A DNA stretch of 63,920 nucleotides, counting the filler, from Reticulomyxa filosa (lineage: Eukaryota; Protista; Foraminifera), in assembly GCA_000512085.1 (NCBI GenBank). It is 18 parts of 18 records of this genome, joined end to end, with 100 filler letters (N's around TTAATTAATTAA, not from the genome) between each part and the next. Parts side by side here need not be neighbours in the genome. Positions count along the whole stretch, not along the records: positions 20,116 to 24,516 come from ASPP01006096.1; positions 24,617 to 29,381 come from ASPP01003951.1; positions 29,482 to 30,894 come from ASPP01009003.1; positions 30,995 to 34,599 come from ASPP01005267.1; positions 34,700 to 36,494 come from ASPP01026025.1; positions 36,595 to 38,326 come from ASPP01027931.1; 12 more parts are not named here. One strand, given 5' to 3'. Made by a program: the position numbers and the translations under genes. Below, one piece after another: positions 23,951-37,113 of this stretch (its first letter is position 1; every line of letters begins with the position of its first letter). The notes beneath the pieces were generated by a model. The model was not told where the DNA came from. It made no database searches and saw only the letters and a list, made by a program, of their open reading frames with translations.

Positions 23951-26046
23951 ACGAAAAGTAACTCTACTGATTTTGGAGTCAATGATTGACTGCTTTTTTT
24001 TTTTTTAGATCAGAACATGTATTCATTTAGCTGTTTATAAAGAAAAAGAAGTGTTATATACATTTGAATACAAAAAATATTTTCTGTAGTAATTTTTTTT
24101 TTTTTGGAAATAAATTTGTAATGAGACTCTACCAAAGCGTTCCCCTCAAAATAGACATTTACAAAAACAATTGAATATAAAACTTCAAGTAATGAAAATA
24201 ATTGGTTGGATAATGCACCATTTATTTTTACAAAAAAAGAAATTTAAATATATTTATAAGTGTTAGTTTAATTTTACAGATATCACTACAAAATGATTTT
24301 TTGCAATAATTGATCGATTTGTCTTAATTAGCAAATAATTTACTATTATATAATTGAACCTAGTGGAAATAGCTTTGCTGCAAATTAATTGTTTTCAGTA
24401 TTAAGACATGAATTTTGAAACTGAAAAATTAATGGACAATACGAAGACAGATGAAAATAAGTTCTAAATGAAGAAGTTAATTGGTAAAGAAAAAAATCTA
24501 CTTGTAAAAGGCCTTGNNNNNNNNNNNNNNNNNNNNNNNNNNNNNNNNNNNNNNNNNNNNTTAATTAATTAANNNNNNNNNNNNNNNNNNNNNNNNNNNN
24601 NNNNNNNNNNNNNNNNAATGAAAAAAAATAAGCAATTCAGTGTATGCTAGGCCACAATAAGAAACAGTATTCCAATCTTTTATTTCTCAGGACCAGTTGG
24701 TATCTTTCATTGTTGAAAAATTTGAAGACAATGATCAATTTACAAAACAATATAATCAATATACAAACAATAATGGTCAAATAATAACAATTGCATTATC
24801 GTTAAAGTAATTACAATTATGTTTTAAAAAAAGGAAAAAGGCAAAAAAATGAAAAACTCTTACTTTTGCTTCCCACCAAACTAATTTCAAAAAATTTTTT
24901 AGAAAGAAAAAAAGCAGAGAATTTCGAACCAACAGGTTTGTTTGGATACGCGAAGAAATTGACGATACAAACTAAGGGTTTCTGTTCGCAACGTAGGTGC
25001 AGACGCCACAATTCACCAGAAGTTTTCAAGGAACAAATTGAACTTTTTCTGTTTATCATTAGCTTTGCTTTGAAATGATTTCTAGCTTGTACAACATGTA
25101 CTTCGATAAAAAATAGGCAAATTTCTGTATTGAAGCCCATCACACACACTTGACATTTCATTGTGTTTTTTACATGTGTGCTTGCTTTGACTGTAAAAGC
25201 GAATGACAATTAAACTCAGAACACAACTGATGGAAATGATGCAATTGATTTATTTTTTTTGGAAAGATAAATTTTAAAAAAATTTACTGCCTCTTTCGTT
25301 TATTAAAAAAACTTTTGAACAGTTCTTCATTAAACATAATTTTTTAAAATAATCATTTTGCTAAAAAGAAAAATTAATGCAAGTATTCTGAGTCCAATAT
25401 CTTAAGCTGTTACAACAATTTCATTCTTTTGATACAAAATTATCAATTATATTTAATTTCTTTATATCAAGTAAATAAATATTATTGATTTAATAAAAAA
25501 TATGAAAAATATGAAAAAAAGAAAAGCAGTTGATTCGCTATTTTACTTGTAACTTAGCTGAATATGCTGTTAGTTATTTAATGAGCTTTCTGGTCGTGGC
25601 ATGTTATAGAAACCTTAAACTGATCGCAGGAATCGGAGCCAGTAAATATGCCATTCATTACCAGCATATAGCATCATTTTTGTTAAGTACTTCGCAATTT
25701 TCTTCAACATTTAATTTTTTTTTTACTTTATTATTTTGCCATTCAGCTACTTTTCTTGATAATATAATTGTGTCGATTGTTTATTATATAATCAAATTTT
25801 TGAACCTTTTTTTTTTTAATGTGAAAATTTGTTTTTTCGTTCTTTTCTAATATTGATAATTTATATAGAAACAGTAAGATTTCATTGTTGACACAATAAC
25901 AGCATGGATAATAAAGGAGCATTTCACAGTTTGTACTTTTTTTCAAAATCAATTCTCATTTAAAAAAACCAAATGATTGAATGAAGGCAATTCAATCAAA
26001 ACAATATCAAATCCTCAAGTTAAATAAACAAAAATAAAAAAAAGCA

Positions 26047-26271
26047 TTACAATCCACCTCTTAAACACAACACCAAATGTAAGATGCTTTCCTTTTGAAT
26101 ATTGTAGTCACTTAAAGTACGATTGTCCTCCAATTGCTTTCTATCAAAGATCAAACGTTGTTTGAAGGAATTCCTTATCCTGGATTTCGCTTTCACATCT
26201 TGGATTGTATCGTTGGGCTCCACATCCAACGTGACTGTTTTTCCAATTAAGATTTTCACAAAACTGTTCAC
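26047..26271 (-). pseudogene. Ubiquitin pseudogene
   Basis: [26 protein letters not shown]...[37 protein letters not shown]. The IQDKEGIPP segment is out of frame or deleted, there is no ATG, and conserved residues are substituted. Confidence 0.88.
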
Positions 26272-26572
26272 AACAAATAACAGTGTTGATAGTCTTAAAC
26301 TTCCTTCATTTTTTATATTGAAATAATACCAAAAAAATTCTGATTAAAGAAGATGTTATAACTTTGAAGAAGAAAAAATATTTTGATCAAAGTTATTATG
26401 AGAGAAGTGTCAGCTGAAATAGCCTTAGTACATTTTTTACAAGAAAGGCATCCTTCGAGCGCTCCATGTGCAAATTGAGTAGCACTCAGCAACACAAATA
26501 AAAACAAGCAAAAATAATTGAAACCACACAAAATGCTGTGGAGAAAGGGAGAAGAGGAAAAGAAAGATAGCG

Positions 26573-28145
26573 TTATTTGGTTTCTGGTGATTTGTTATCT
26601 TTTGCGGCTCTGTAAAATACCTGTCCTGGTTTTCGAGGAGATTTGTTACTATCCTTGTCTTGCAAAGGCATGGCATCATTTGCTTTATCGGCTCGCCTTG
26701 CTTCATTAAAGCTGGACAAGGCCTTTTCAATGGCAGCTTGTCCTCCTTGTAGTATTCCTGCAGGCAATTGGCGATTGGGTGACAATTGTTTCAATTGGAC
26801 GATATTGTTTTGGTTTTCTTTCAACACTCTGTACATTCTCATGAGTTTCGTCACAGCCACCACTTTGTCTTTCAAGACACCACCCTTTTTCCGCAGCACT
26901 TCCGAAGGTCCTTGAGCTTTCACCGCGGCATCATTATCGACTTCGTCATCCGTGCCGTACGATAAGATACTGTAAAGCATATCCGTGACTTTTTCCGCGA
27001 CGAATGGCAATGACCAGGTAAAAACATCCATAAAATTGGGTAAGTAATAAGGATGTGGCGAGCTCACAAATTGTCGAATATTAAGTAGCTCATCATCAAA
27101 CTTCAAACACGCTCCTTTGTTTTTGTAGACATCGCAATAGTTGGGAGCGGAGAATATGGTTATGACACGAGGAATGCTGGTTTGCTCATTAATGAATTGC
27201 ATTTTGTATCCGTCAAACTGGGCCTCATGAGCGCGTATAATCGCTGTCAAGTTGTTTTTTTTTAAAAACGTCACCACCGCATCAATTCCAAAGATATATG
27301 AACATTGCCGTGTTTCATTGTAAGCAAACCAAGTCGTTATTTCCGTGTCCGTGTTGTCGTCGCCTGGATGCTCTTCATCTCGCTCCTTGTCCTCGTCCAC
27401 CGGATCGGCCCACAGCAAGTCACAAAACGGTCCTTCTCGCGGGACTTCTTGAAATCGATCCAATTCTTCGATATCTCGGATCTATTCATTTCATTTTGTT
27501 GTTGGTCATACTTTGTTTTTTATGGACAGACGCGGATACATACATCACAACATCCACCCCTACAGCACAGCTTAAGACTAATGTGTACGTATCCTCTCTT
27601 TTCTTTTCGCCCCTCCACCCTTCTTCTCAATACCAAAAAAAAAAAAATATATATATATATATGTATATACATATAAATGTATATAAATAAATATATATAC
27701 ATATATATATATATATATTTATTTATTTATTTTATGAAACACATAACCGTGCTTATATCTGGTGACAGCCCACCATGACAACATAAGAATTTTTGATTGA
27801 TTGTCGCTGCAATTGGTAAGTTATCAAAACATTCCATAACGGCGTCATACAATTCCAAATTGTATTTGTATATGCCTGTATTTTATTTGTTGTTATTCAT
27901 TGTCATCAATTTTTTTTTTTTTTTTTTGGGTCACCCTCCCTACCCCTAAAAAAAGACGCACCCACAAAATTTCATTTGTTATCGTATAACAAAAAAAAAA
28001 AGGACCACTCAACATTCATCTCTGAAGTTGAAAAAAGATGTCAAATGTCTGCATTCGTGGTTGTCTCGGATCATAAAAAAGAGTTATTGTATGTGATTTG
28101 TGCGCACATAAAAAAAAATACGCATTCTGTCGAAAAGCATCCTCT
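26573..28145 (-). CDS. CNA1: Calcineurin A (PP2B catalytic subunit), 5'-truncated at the GDYVDRG motif
   Basis: Exon ~28145-28015 reads RGCFSTE...[18 protein letters not shown]. Exon ~27875-27748 reads [19 protein letters not shown]...HGGLSPD. Exon 27481-26573 has [38 protein letters not shown] (CnB binding), the CaM-binding helix and the autoinhibitory [15 protein letters not shown]. Confidence 0.92.
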
Positions 28146-28687
28146 GACTTTGCAAAATCGAATTCTGCACTTTCACTTAAATAATCACCAATCCCCATCA
28201 TGGCAAGTCCATCTGCAATCAAATTTGCAAATCCGAGCACTAAAACCACTTCCAGCTCCAGATTCGCACCACGCACAGCCCATACAATTGCAAATATGAT
28301 TACTATCCCATCAAGCCCGCCGTAAATAATTGATTTTACAAATTCTCCCAATCCTTTGTGCTTCTCTGGGGACATTTCAAAGACGCGTGTAAGACCAACT
28401 GTTTCCCTCTTTTTGTTTCTGTTGCGCATTTCCGCGGCTATCATCATCTGAAGAATGATCCTTTTTATGGTGTTCGACCAATGACACAGCCACTGGTCCA
28501 TTCTTATTTGTGGGTGAATTCACTATTTCCTTTTCTATTGAGATTTCAGTGCTTAACAGTTGCATGTCCAATTTTTGTTGTCGAAGCTCTTTACTTCGTT
28601 CCATGCCAAGCTTTTTTGATTTCACGATCTAATTCCTCTTTACTTTGTAACTGCATCCTGAGAAATCAATGTTTGTTCCGTTGACAT
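28146..28687 (-). pseudogene. VIT1: VIT1/CCC1 vacuolar iron transporter, 5' half only
   Basis: EKHKGLGEFVKSIIYGGLDGIV...VLVLGFANLIADGLAM.GIGDYLS..AE is the VIT1 signature. The N-terminus is frameshifted and the gene breaks off into calcineurin sequence. Confidence 0.8.
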
Positions 28688-28831
28688 GATTTCATGTTTT
28701 AAAAATTGTACCAGTTTTTTTGTCCCTTAGGTCGTCCTCAACTGTACGAAGTCATTTGTGGAACGAAAAATCGTTAGTTAAATTTATTTATGATTATTGT
28801 ACTGCTTAAGCATTGGATTAATTGAATTAAA

Positions 28832-29381
28832 TTAATTGCTGTGTAAAATTTTTTTTGGAAGACAATAAAGTGGAAGATCTTTACAAATTAATTTAAACAA
28901 CATTCCATCGATCAAAGTATTAATTGCATTTTCCAGTTGTTTCTCATTTAATTTCTCTAAAATTACTCCAAGTAATTTTGTACATGATTTACGAACATCG
29001 TTATCTTCATCTTTTAGCCCACTCATCGAAGCGTTGACAACTTCTTCCACTTGCTTTTGTTGCAATTATACCAAGTGATTTTGCACATGATCCAAGATTC
29101 CGTTTATTTATATCTTTTAATCCATGAATGAAAACACTGAAAACTCTATCCAATTGTTTATCATTCAATTTTGTTGAAATCGTTTCAAATGATTGTTCAC
29201 ATAATGCACAAATACATTCATTTTCATCTTTTAATCCATTCAAACATTCGAAAACATCATCCAATTGCTTTTTATTTAATTTTGTTCAAAGAAATTCAAT
29301 ACATTTTGCATACAATTCTCGATTCTTTTCATCGTTGCCTTTGAGTCCATTGATCAAACATGTGAAAACAGAATCAATTTG
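28832..29381 (-). pseudogene. HEAT-repeat protein, 3' fragment with frameshifts
   Basis: Repeated LNxKQLxxxFxxLIxGLKDExxxVRxSCAKSLG units are split over ORFs 29007..29264 and 28832..29065. Confidence 0.72.
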
Positions 29382-29481
29382 NNNNNNNNNNNNNNNNNNN
29401 NNNNNNNNNNNNNNNNNNNNNNNNNTTAATTAATTAANNNNNNNNNNNNNNNNNNNNNNNNNNNNNNNNNNNNNNNNNNNN

Positions 29482-30894
29482 ATCTTAACGATATTCAAGG
29501 CCAAATCGAAAAAGCATTTGAGCTATCACGGTAAATAAGATATTTCGACCAATTATTCGACCCAAAAAGCTTTCTAGAAGCTCAGGAACACGACAACGCA
29601 ATAAAACATAAAAAAGGAAACTGTCAGAAGGAAAAACGACAATATAAACCTTCATTCGGGTTGGCATTTATAATTTAATAAGAAGGAGCTGTCAATAGAC
29701 AAATTAAATTTAATAACACATACATGCAAAGTGGTAGTACCTGTTATATTGAAGCATAATATACTTGCTTATTTTCATTTACATAGTTATCACATCATCC
29801 CGGTTCAAAAAGAATGTTAACCTTAATTAAAGAAAGACTATACTGGTCAGGAATGGACAAAACTTGAAAAAATTTTACAAAGAATGTTTCACCTGCCAAG
29901 TGACAAAAGGAAAATTCGATCCAAAGTTTGTATATATTCAACACTTCTATGCAACAAGACCATTCTAAACTGTGGCTATGTACATAGTTGGTCCATTACC
30001 TGAAATAGATAGCTTCACGAGATATGTTGCAGCAATTCCCCTGAAAAGTCAATCAGCCAAATACATATTATTTACATTTATAAATGAACGGTATCCCTGA
30101 AACAATGTTGTCAGATAATGTAACTATACTAGATTATTGATAGTCTAGGTAACAGTGAAGGTTGTGTCAGAAAATAGCTTTGTAAGAGTATTGCATGTCT
30201 CAAAGTTACGAAAAACATATTAGCAGAAAAAATCCACAATAAAAGAAAAAAAGAAATGATGCATCAACAAACATGAACATAAAAAACCATCATTTCAAGA
30301 AAGTTGAACAGCTCAAAAAATTCACTACCACCTTTAGAGCCATTACCAGAAACATATAAACTCGTACATGATTTGGAAAAAATCGATAACTTGCAAAATT
30401 TTGTTTCAGTGTTGTCTCAATGAGGCAAAGGGGGGCATGTAGTGACACTACTTACGTCACAATGGCTTCAGTATGACTCCAAATATTGCAATTTTCTTTT
30501 TAATTTCATTTCACAAAACTCATTTTTACTTTTTAAAAAAACTTGCTTTCCCGCTCAGATTCTCAAAGAAGAAAAAACAAATAAAGAATAATAAAAAGAA
30601 TATATGATCTTAAACATCGATATTGAAGATATTTGCAAAAAATAGAAAGACATTGGCAACGCTATTAAAGCAAATACATTCTCAATGACATTGAAGACTG
30701 TATTTGTCCATTTTCAAAATTCTACTACTTGACAACAATTGGAGAATAGCGCAAGTTATTTCAATGAAATATAATAATAATGAACAAAAAAATTATGTAA
30801 ATGAAAATGAAGATCAAACAAAGAACTTCGAATGCTCTATCTACAATTTTGGATTTGTAGAAAAATATAAACAAAAAAAGACTTAATAGCAAGT
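29482..30894 (+). mobile_element. Degenerate Ty3/gypsy LTR retrotransposon 3' end (integrase, PPT, putative 3' LTR)
   Basis: Translation through lesions gives VVVP..LKHNILAYFH..HHPGSKRM...LYWSGM...CFTCQ (HHCC), RPF.TVA..IVGPLP, DSFTRYVAAIPLK, PETMLSDN and LHVSKLRK. The purine tract GAGGCAAAGGGGGGCA (30422-30437) is directly followed by TGTAGTG at 30438. Confidence 0.85.
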
Positions 30895-30994
30895 NNNNNN
30901 NNNNNNNNNNNNNNNNNNNNNNNNNNNNNNNNNNNNNNTTAATTAATTAANNNNNNNNNNNNNNNNNNNNNNNNNNNNNNNNNNNNNNNNNNNN

Positions 30995-31026
<32 letters not shown>

Positions 31027-32193
31027 GACGAACTTATCATTCCGATGTTGGAATAAACAAAATTGTGTACAGATATGACAAAGGTGTCCATTTTGGTCTC
31101 TTGCAAAATCGCATCGACAGGAATGACTATATTGGCTCGAAAGTAGGTCCCGACAGATGGATGCAATCCTCCAATGCAATGGACATGAGAACGGAGCGAT
31201 GAAAGGACGGAAGACCAACCATTCAGTCGAATGGGTAGTTTGAAAGGAGACACTCTCCATTGGCGTGAGAGGAAGGAATAGATATAAATGTAGCTGCAGG
31301 CGTTGGAGTGGTCGTTTTGCTTGCTACGGCCCAGCTGTTCAAACACAATTACGTGATCATTTATAACAATGCAATTGTTCCAAAAAAGGCTTTATTGAGC
31401 TGGACAAAGATTGGGAATTTCGCAAACGTCAATTGATTGCCACGAGGATCGAATTGCATGACCGAGAAGTAGCTCCACTTTTTGGAGAACAGAGCCAGTT
31501 GCGGGAGAGGAGGCGACGGATCTTTGTTCTTGTGGATATGCTTGCAGTGGATGACAGGAGAGACGGTCAAAGGAAAGCGAAATGAAGGCACTGTGGCGCT
31601 CGTGAGACAGCGACAAGTAATTAAATGAATGACGTCAACAGTTTGTTTGTGGAACACAAATAGCAAATGAGAAAACGACGGATCATTACTGATTCGAGCA
31701 GTTGGAAAATCTGTGTATTTATCAAACACAGTAATGACTTGATTGGTTTGCGGTTGGATCAAAGGTATCCATGCATTGCCATTGACATTGCCATTGTGAT
31801 GGTCATGATCATGATCATGATCATCCCAAACACTGTGATACTTCATTACATAGGCATGATGACACAAGTAGTTTTGGTGTTTGGGTCCGCCAAAGGACAG
31901 GAGAACAATCTCTTTGTCTTTGCGCGTCGCACGATGGTGGAGCACTTGTTCGCTAGCGACGCACGAGTGCAAGCGTATGGGATTGTTGGAGCGGGGATAG
32001 TTGCTAATGCATCGATATGACTTTTTCGTCGTGTCATACGAAATGCACCCATTGGCATTATTGCCACCCAATAGCAGCAATTCCTTACCAAACTGCAAAC
32101 ATTGCGAATATCTGGTTTCGTGAATCAATGGAGGACATAATTTTGTTGTTGCCTCTTCATTCGTCTTTCTGTCGTCTATTGTGCCAAATACGT

Positions 32194-32243
<50 letters not shown>

Positions 32244-32718
32244 GTATAAGTATATAAAAATTATTATTGTTGTTATTATTATGGGAGAGAAAAAAGACCT
32301 TTGAATAAACGATCTTGTTTTGATAGTATCTTTTTCAAAGGACGTTGAGGGCTTTGTGTGGTATCGTATTGGTTGTGATGAGAAAGCAGAGGAGGAGGAG
32401 GAGGAGGAGGAGGAGGGAGCAGGTCGGCGGTACGTATAAGGAGGTGTAGGGATTGACGTTCGCTGCGCTCATTCTTTCCGCCGAGGATATGTATGAATTG
32501 TCGATCGGTGGAGAGGACGGCAGTGCATCCCGACATTTTGAATGGGAGTTTGTGTTTGGATTTGGTCCAGACATTGTGTTGCACCGAATACAGATAGATG
32601 TCGTCCCTGCGACATCCCTCCTCATTTCTCCCGCCAAACAGCAGAATGTGATTTTGAACAAAGACGAAGCCGTACGAATAGTAGTCCCTCAAATCTTCAA
32701 TCAACGCAAGACGTTTCA

Positions 32719-32753
<35 letters not shown>

Positions 32754-34599
32754 TTCGTTGACTCGTCGTAGTCGATCCACAGCGCCGTGGATTTGAAGAA
32801 CAAAAGTACAGACGATGACAGTGATGATGGCAATGAAACCATGCAATGATGATAGAGGGATTGAGGTAGCGATTGCAACGAATGCACGCATTGGCAAGTA
32901 CGCAAGTCGACAATATCGACGTTGGTCAAATAGGAAATGAACAGTAAATGATTGTCTTTATCTCCTCCTACACAGGCTTCGGCTTGCTCGTACTCTTGTT
33001 TGAACTGTATACGCTGACTAGTCTGCGGATCAATCAATGGAACCCATTCATTCATTTGTTGGTGTGTATACGTCTGCTCCTTTTTATCATCATTATCATC
33101 ATCATTCCATACACTCTTATATTTCATAATCCACAACTCACTCCCATTTGCTTCTTCCTTTCCACAAAACGACAACAGCAGCATTTCATTGCATCCTTGC
33201 ACTTGCTCGTCCAACACACGATCGCACCTTACTATCAACGGTGTCCACACCGTGTTGGGATACTCGGCCACAAACCGATACGACCTCTTCTTGCAATGGT
33301 ATGAATAGCAGTTGCTATCCACGTCTCCGTCGCACATCACTATCTCGTCTCCCATCATTATACATTGCGCCACACAATTCGGTCTCATCAACTGCGGCTC
33401 GTTCTTTATCACTTTGCTCTGTTTCTCAGTCAATTATAATATACACATTATTTACCACAATATAACACATATATAAACATATATATATATATATATATGC
33501 ATAATTTTAACATGTGAAGGATGAATAGGGATCCAAGTATCTTGGTCGAGAAGGAGACGAAGTGGAATGGAAATGAGAGCGGACAGCAGATTGGAATGGG
33601 TGCCAAAGATAAGTACGTCTTTGCCATCATTAGAGAGCATAGCAAACGAATGGGACAAAGCGTGGGGTAAATACTGATTCCATTGGAAGCATTTAACCTG
33701 CTGTTGTTCTTGTTGTTGTTGTTCTTGTTGTTGTGATTGTGTGCGAATGAAAAACACGCAGTCGGAGGAATGAAAATAGTCTCTGCCGCCAAAGAGGATG
33801 AGGAGATGTTGGTCTTGTACGTATACGTATGAATAAGCCTCGAGGTGATTGAACTCCCTCGGGACCGAAAGAGCCGAAAAAGGAAGAGTATTGCATGCGA
33901 CGCACGTGCATATCAAAGGCCATGACCACCGCATGTTTTTTGCGAAGCAAAAGGAATTGTATGTTTTGTTGCGACGATAATGGTACCATTGCATGAAAAA
34001 AAAAATACTCTGGCAAAGTGGCTTCCAAGGCAATGTACTCAAACGTGTTCAAGTCGATTACATCCACATGTTTGCCATAGGTCACGCATAAGATATTGTG
34101 ACGAGAGTCCACATGCGCGTTTGCGCCAAGTGGATAGGGTTTAAGTATGACAGGGTCATTGCTTTCGGGGTGACGTAAGGCTGTCCATTGGTTGCACGCA
34201 ACAGAATGAGCCGATCCCAACCCCTCAAAAAAGTCATGCCAAACGGAGTGATAGTACATGACTAAAGTGTGACAATGTTTGGTACCCTTTCCTCCCCTTC
34301 CAAACGATAGTAACGTAGTCACACCCGACACAGACTTGCGGCCGAACAAAGCGTGACAAATTACCACAATGTGTTCGCATTTGTTCGTCGCCGATTCATG
34401 CGGGTAGCACGCCACCCATCGAAAACTCTTCGTGTCAATGCCGTACGAATAGCAGTGCGAGTTGTTCTCTCCGCCACATATCAACACCTCCTTTTCCAAT
34501 TGCACACAAGTTGAGTGTGACATTGACGTACATAACTCCTCACATAATATCCTCCCTTCTTTTTCTTCTTTTTCTTCTTTTTCTTCTTCTTCTTCTTCT
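30995..34599 (-). CDS. Single gene with at least three tandem Kelch-like propellers (both ends cut by contig ends)
   Basis: Introns 33511-33419 (phase 0) and 32298-32176 (phase 1) join the three Kelch ORFs in frame. Homopolymer shifts at ~33880 and ~31385. Each unit has QC...(G)G...CYSY...Y.SVW...W.PL..P...D..DL.T. Confidence 0.75.
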
Positions 34600-35626
34600 N
34601 NNNNNNNNNNNNNNNNNNNNNNNNNNNNNNNNNNNNNNNNNNNTTAATTAATTAANNNNNNNNNNNNNNNNNNNNNNNNNNNNNNNNNNNNNNNNNNNNG
34701 CAAAGGAGAGCAATTTGTTGTTAGTTCATAACCTCAGATACGAAGGATTTTTTTGAAGTTAGTCTTTCGACGCTGTCCGCTAGCGGCAAACGGACAAGCG
34801 TGTATGAGAATTGAAGTTTAATTAAAGTTTTTTTTATAGGCTGGAATTCTTGACAGCAAGACTTTTTCAGTGTTGCTTATGGATTAAACGAAGTTTATGG
34901 GATTGGTTATCAACTGTTTGATGACGGTGAAGACATTGTCTCCGTCATATGAAATTAAGGGATACCAAAGCGTGCGGAAAAAGAAACTCAATGACCGGGG
35001 AAACAAAACGTAGCAATGCAAAGAAAAAGACAAGGCTGCAAAGTGTGCACATCAAAATGTTATTGAAAAAAAAAAATTTGTTTTCAGTATGGGTCACATG
35101 ATTGGTCACAAAATATTGTTGAGACGGTTTTTAAACTTCATTCACTGAGCAAGAAAAATTTTGCAAGACACACCTTTACAAAAATTGGTACTTATTCACG
35201 TAGGGGAAACTTGCAATTGACAGATGTAAGATTTTTGATAAATAGAAGGATTCGAAAATCGCTTGGTGTTAAAAATTACGCGACTAATAAAAACAAAAAG
35301 AAGAAATCCTTTGCAAAAGAAAGGGTGGTAACAAAATCACAGTTTGTACATCATTTGATGTTGTTTATTACTTGCTAAATCCAAATTTGAAGGGTTGATT
35401 GATGTGTTTGTTATTTATATTGTTTAATGATGTCAGATTCTGAACGATTAAAAGTATGGAAATTTTATACTTGATAACAAAAGTCTATTCTTCTTGTTGT
35501 CTCTATGTATGAGTAATCGCCCCAAAGAAAGTGGTTTCTTCGTTTGTTCGAACGAAGTTATCTTTGCAAACGGACGACGCTAAAACGTCAGGTTTAAGAT
35601 TTTTTTCACGCAACTCATCTGGAAAA

Positions 35627-36362
35627 ATGTCGAGTCATGTGGAACTTGTGAATGAAGTGGAAAAATCAGTTTCCTCTCAATCTCATTCAGATTCCCTCCC
35701 AAATGTGCGTGTTATATCAGAGAATGGCACCGACAGCGACAAAGCTGCAAAGAAAAGGAAATCAGGAACATTGAGTATTTTACAATTTTCATTTATGATA
35801 TTTATAATGTCATCGTCAGGGCCGTATGGGTGTGAAACGGTGGTCGAAGCTGCTGGCCCAGGTGCTGTGCATTGTTTCATACCCTTGTTGTATCTCAGCG
35901 TCCAATGTGCTTTAAAAACGAGGTCGTGAAGAAGCACAAGCGGAAAGGAGTAAATCACAAAACAAAATACAAAACAAAACAATTACAAACCTGTGCAATA
36001 GGGTTGACATTACTGGGTTTAACATTGGTGCCATTTCTATACTCACTGCCTCAATCCTACATGGTATCGGAGCTCTCTTCATGGTATTTTATGTACAAAC
36101 AAATGAGACCATCAAGAGGGGGGGAGGGGGAAGGGGAAAGAGGAAAGGGGGTTAAAAGGGGAGGTTGAAAAACGAAAAAGAAGATATTTCGTGATGGACC
36201 ACGGAATTGCATTTTTTAATTTCTACTTTTGTGTTTGTGTGTATGTTTTGATCCGCAAAAAGGATGCCATCGAATCATGGTTATATCGTTTGGAATTACC
36301 GTGCTTTGGGTGAGTGTGTGGGATATGTGAATGGATTGAACCAATATGTAAGCACTGGCTTT
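35627..36362 (+). CDS. APC-superfamily amino acid/polyamine permease (PUT/RMV1-like), 5' exons
   Basis: FMIFIMSSSGPYGCETVVEAAGP | LLGLTLVPFLYSLPQSYMVSELSS | MPSNHGYIVWNYRALG parallels the PUT family GGPFGIE..AAGP..PEALITAEL...P.NGGYVVW pattern across GT-AG introns. Confidence 0.8.
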
Positions 36363-36453
36363 GGTAAAACAAACAAACAAACAAACAAAAAAAAAAGAGG
36401 AGTTGTATTTGATGTTTTCAGTTCATTTGTAATTCTCTTCGTGCCAAACATAA

Positions 36454-36487
<34 letters not shown>

Positions 36488-36909
36488 TTTTTTTNNNNNN
36501 NNNNNNNNNNNNNNNNNNNNNNNNNNNNNNNNNNNNNNTTAATTAATTAANNNNNNNNNNNNNNNNNNNNNNNNNNNNNNNNNNNNNNNNNNNNCCACCA
36601 AAGTATGGCAAAAACTAATCAAATGACCAGTCATGTTTCTTGTGGAAATATGTTGTATCGTCTCAAATGCCACAAATACTCTGAGTAACCTCTTCAATCC
36701 ATATTCATAAGATATCAATCATATCACATTGGATCTACGTATATTTGAGAATTTATGAAGTATTTATGCTGTCGAAAATACGTGATGGAATAAAGCTGAC
36801 CAAAACCTAAATAAATTGGTGTCAGTATGTTATTGTGGAATACTATATGATATTTGAGTGTGTCCATGTTCGTAATTCTTTCAGTTCATTTTCCACTAAC
36901 AAACCATTG

Positions 36910-37113
36910 TCATGAGTGTCCACATTGTGTCGGTTTGCTGGCACCTTCATATACACCACAGCCTTCTGCTGAACACTTTAGCATTTGATTGCACCCAATG
37001 CAATGATCGTCTGACAGACATGTACTCATGTCGCCAGTCGCTACCAAAGTCGTCCATACAGCCAAAGTGCTACACCATAATAACCACCACAATAATACAA
37101 TCTTTTTCAGCAT
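36910..37113 (-). CDS. Possible small secreted Cys-containing peptide or 5' remnant of a secreted protein
   Basis: Signal-peptide-like MLKKIVLLWWLLWCSTLA followed by a segment with 6 Cys. No homology recognised. Confidence 0.3.
   Translation of the reverse strand: MLKKIVLLWWLLWCSTLAVWTTLVATGDMSTCLSDDHCIGCNQMLKCSAEGCGVYEGASKPTQCGHS

Noticed and set aside
32195-32245. (TA)n tracts as regulatory or mobile elements
   Set aside because: They fall inside GT-AG introns throughout the window and look like ordinary microsatellites.
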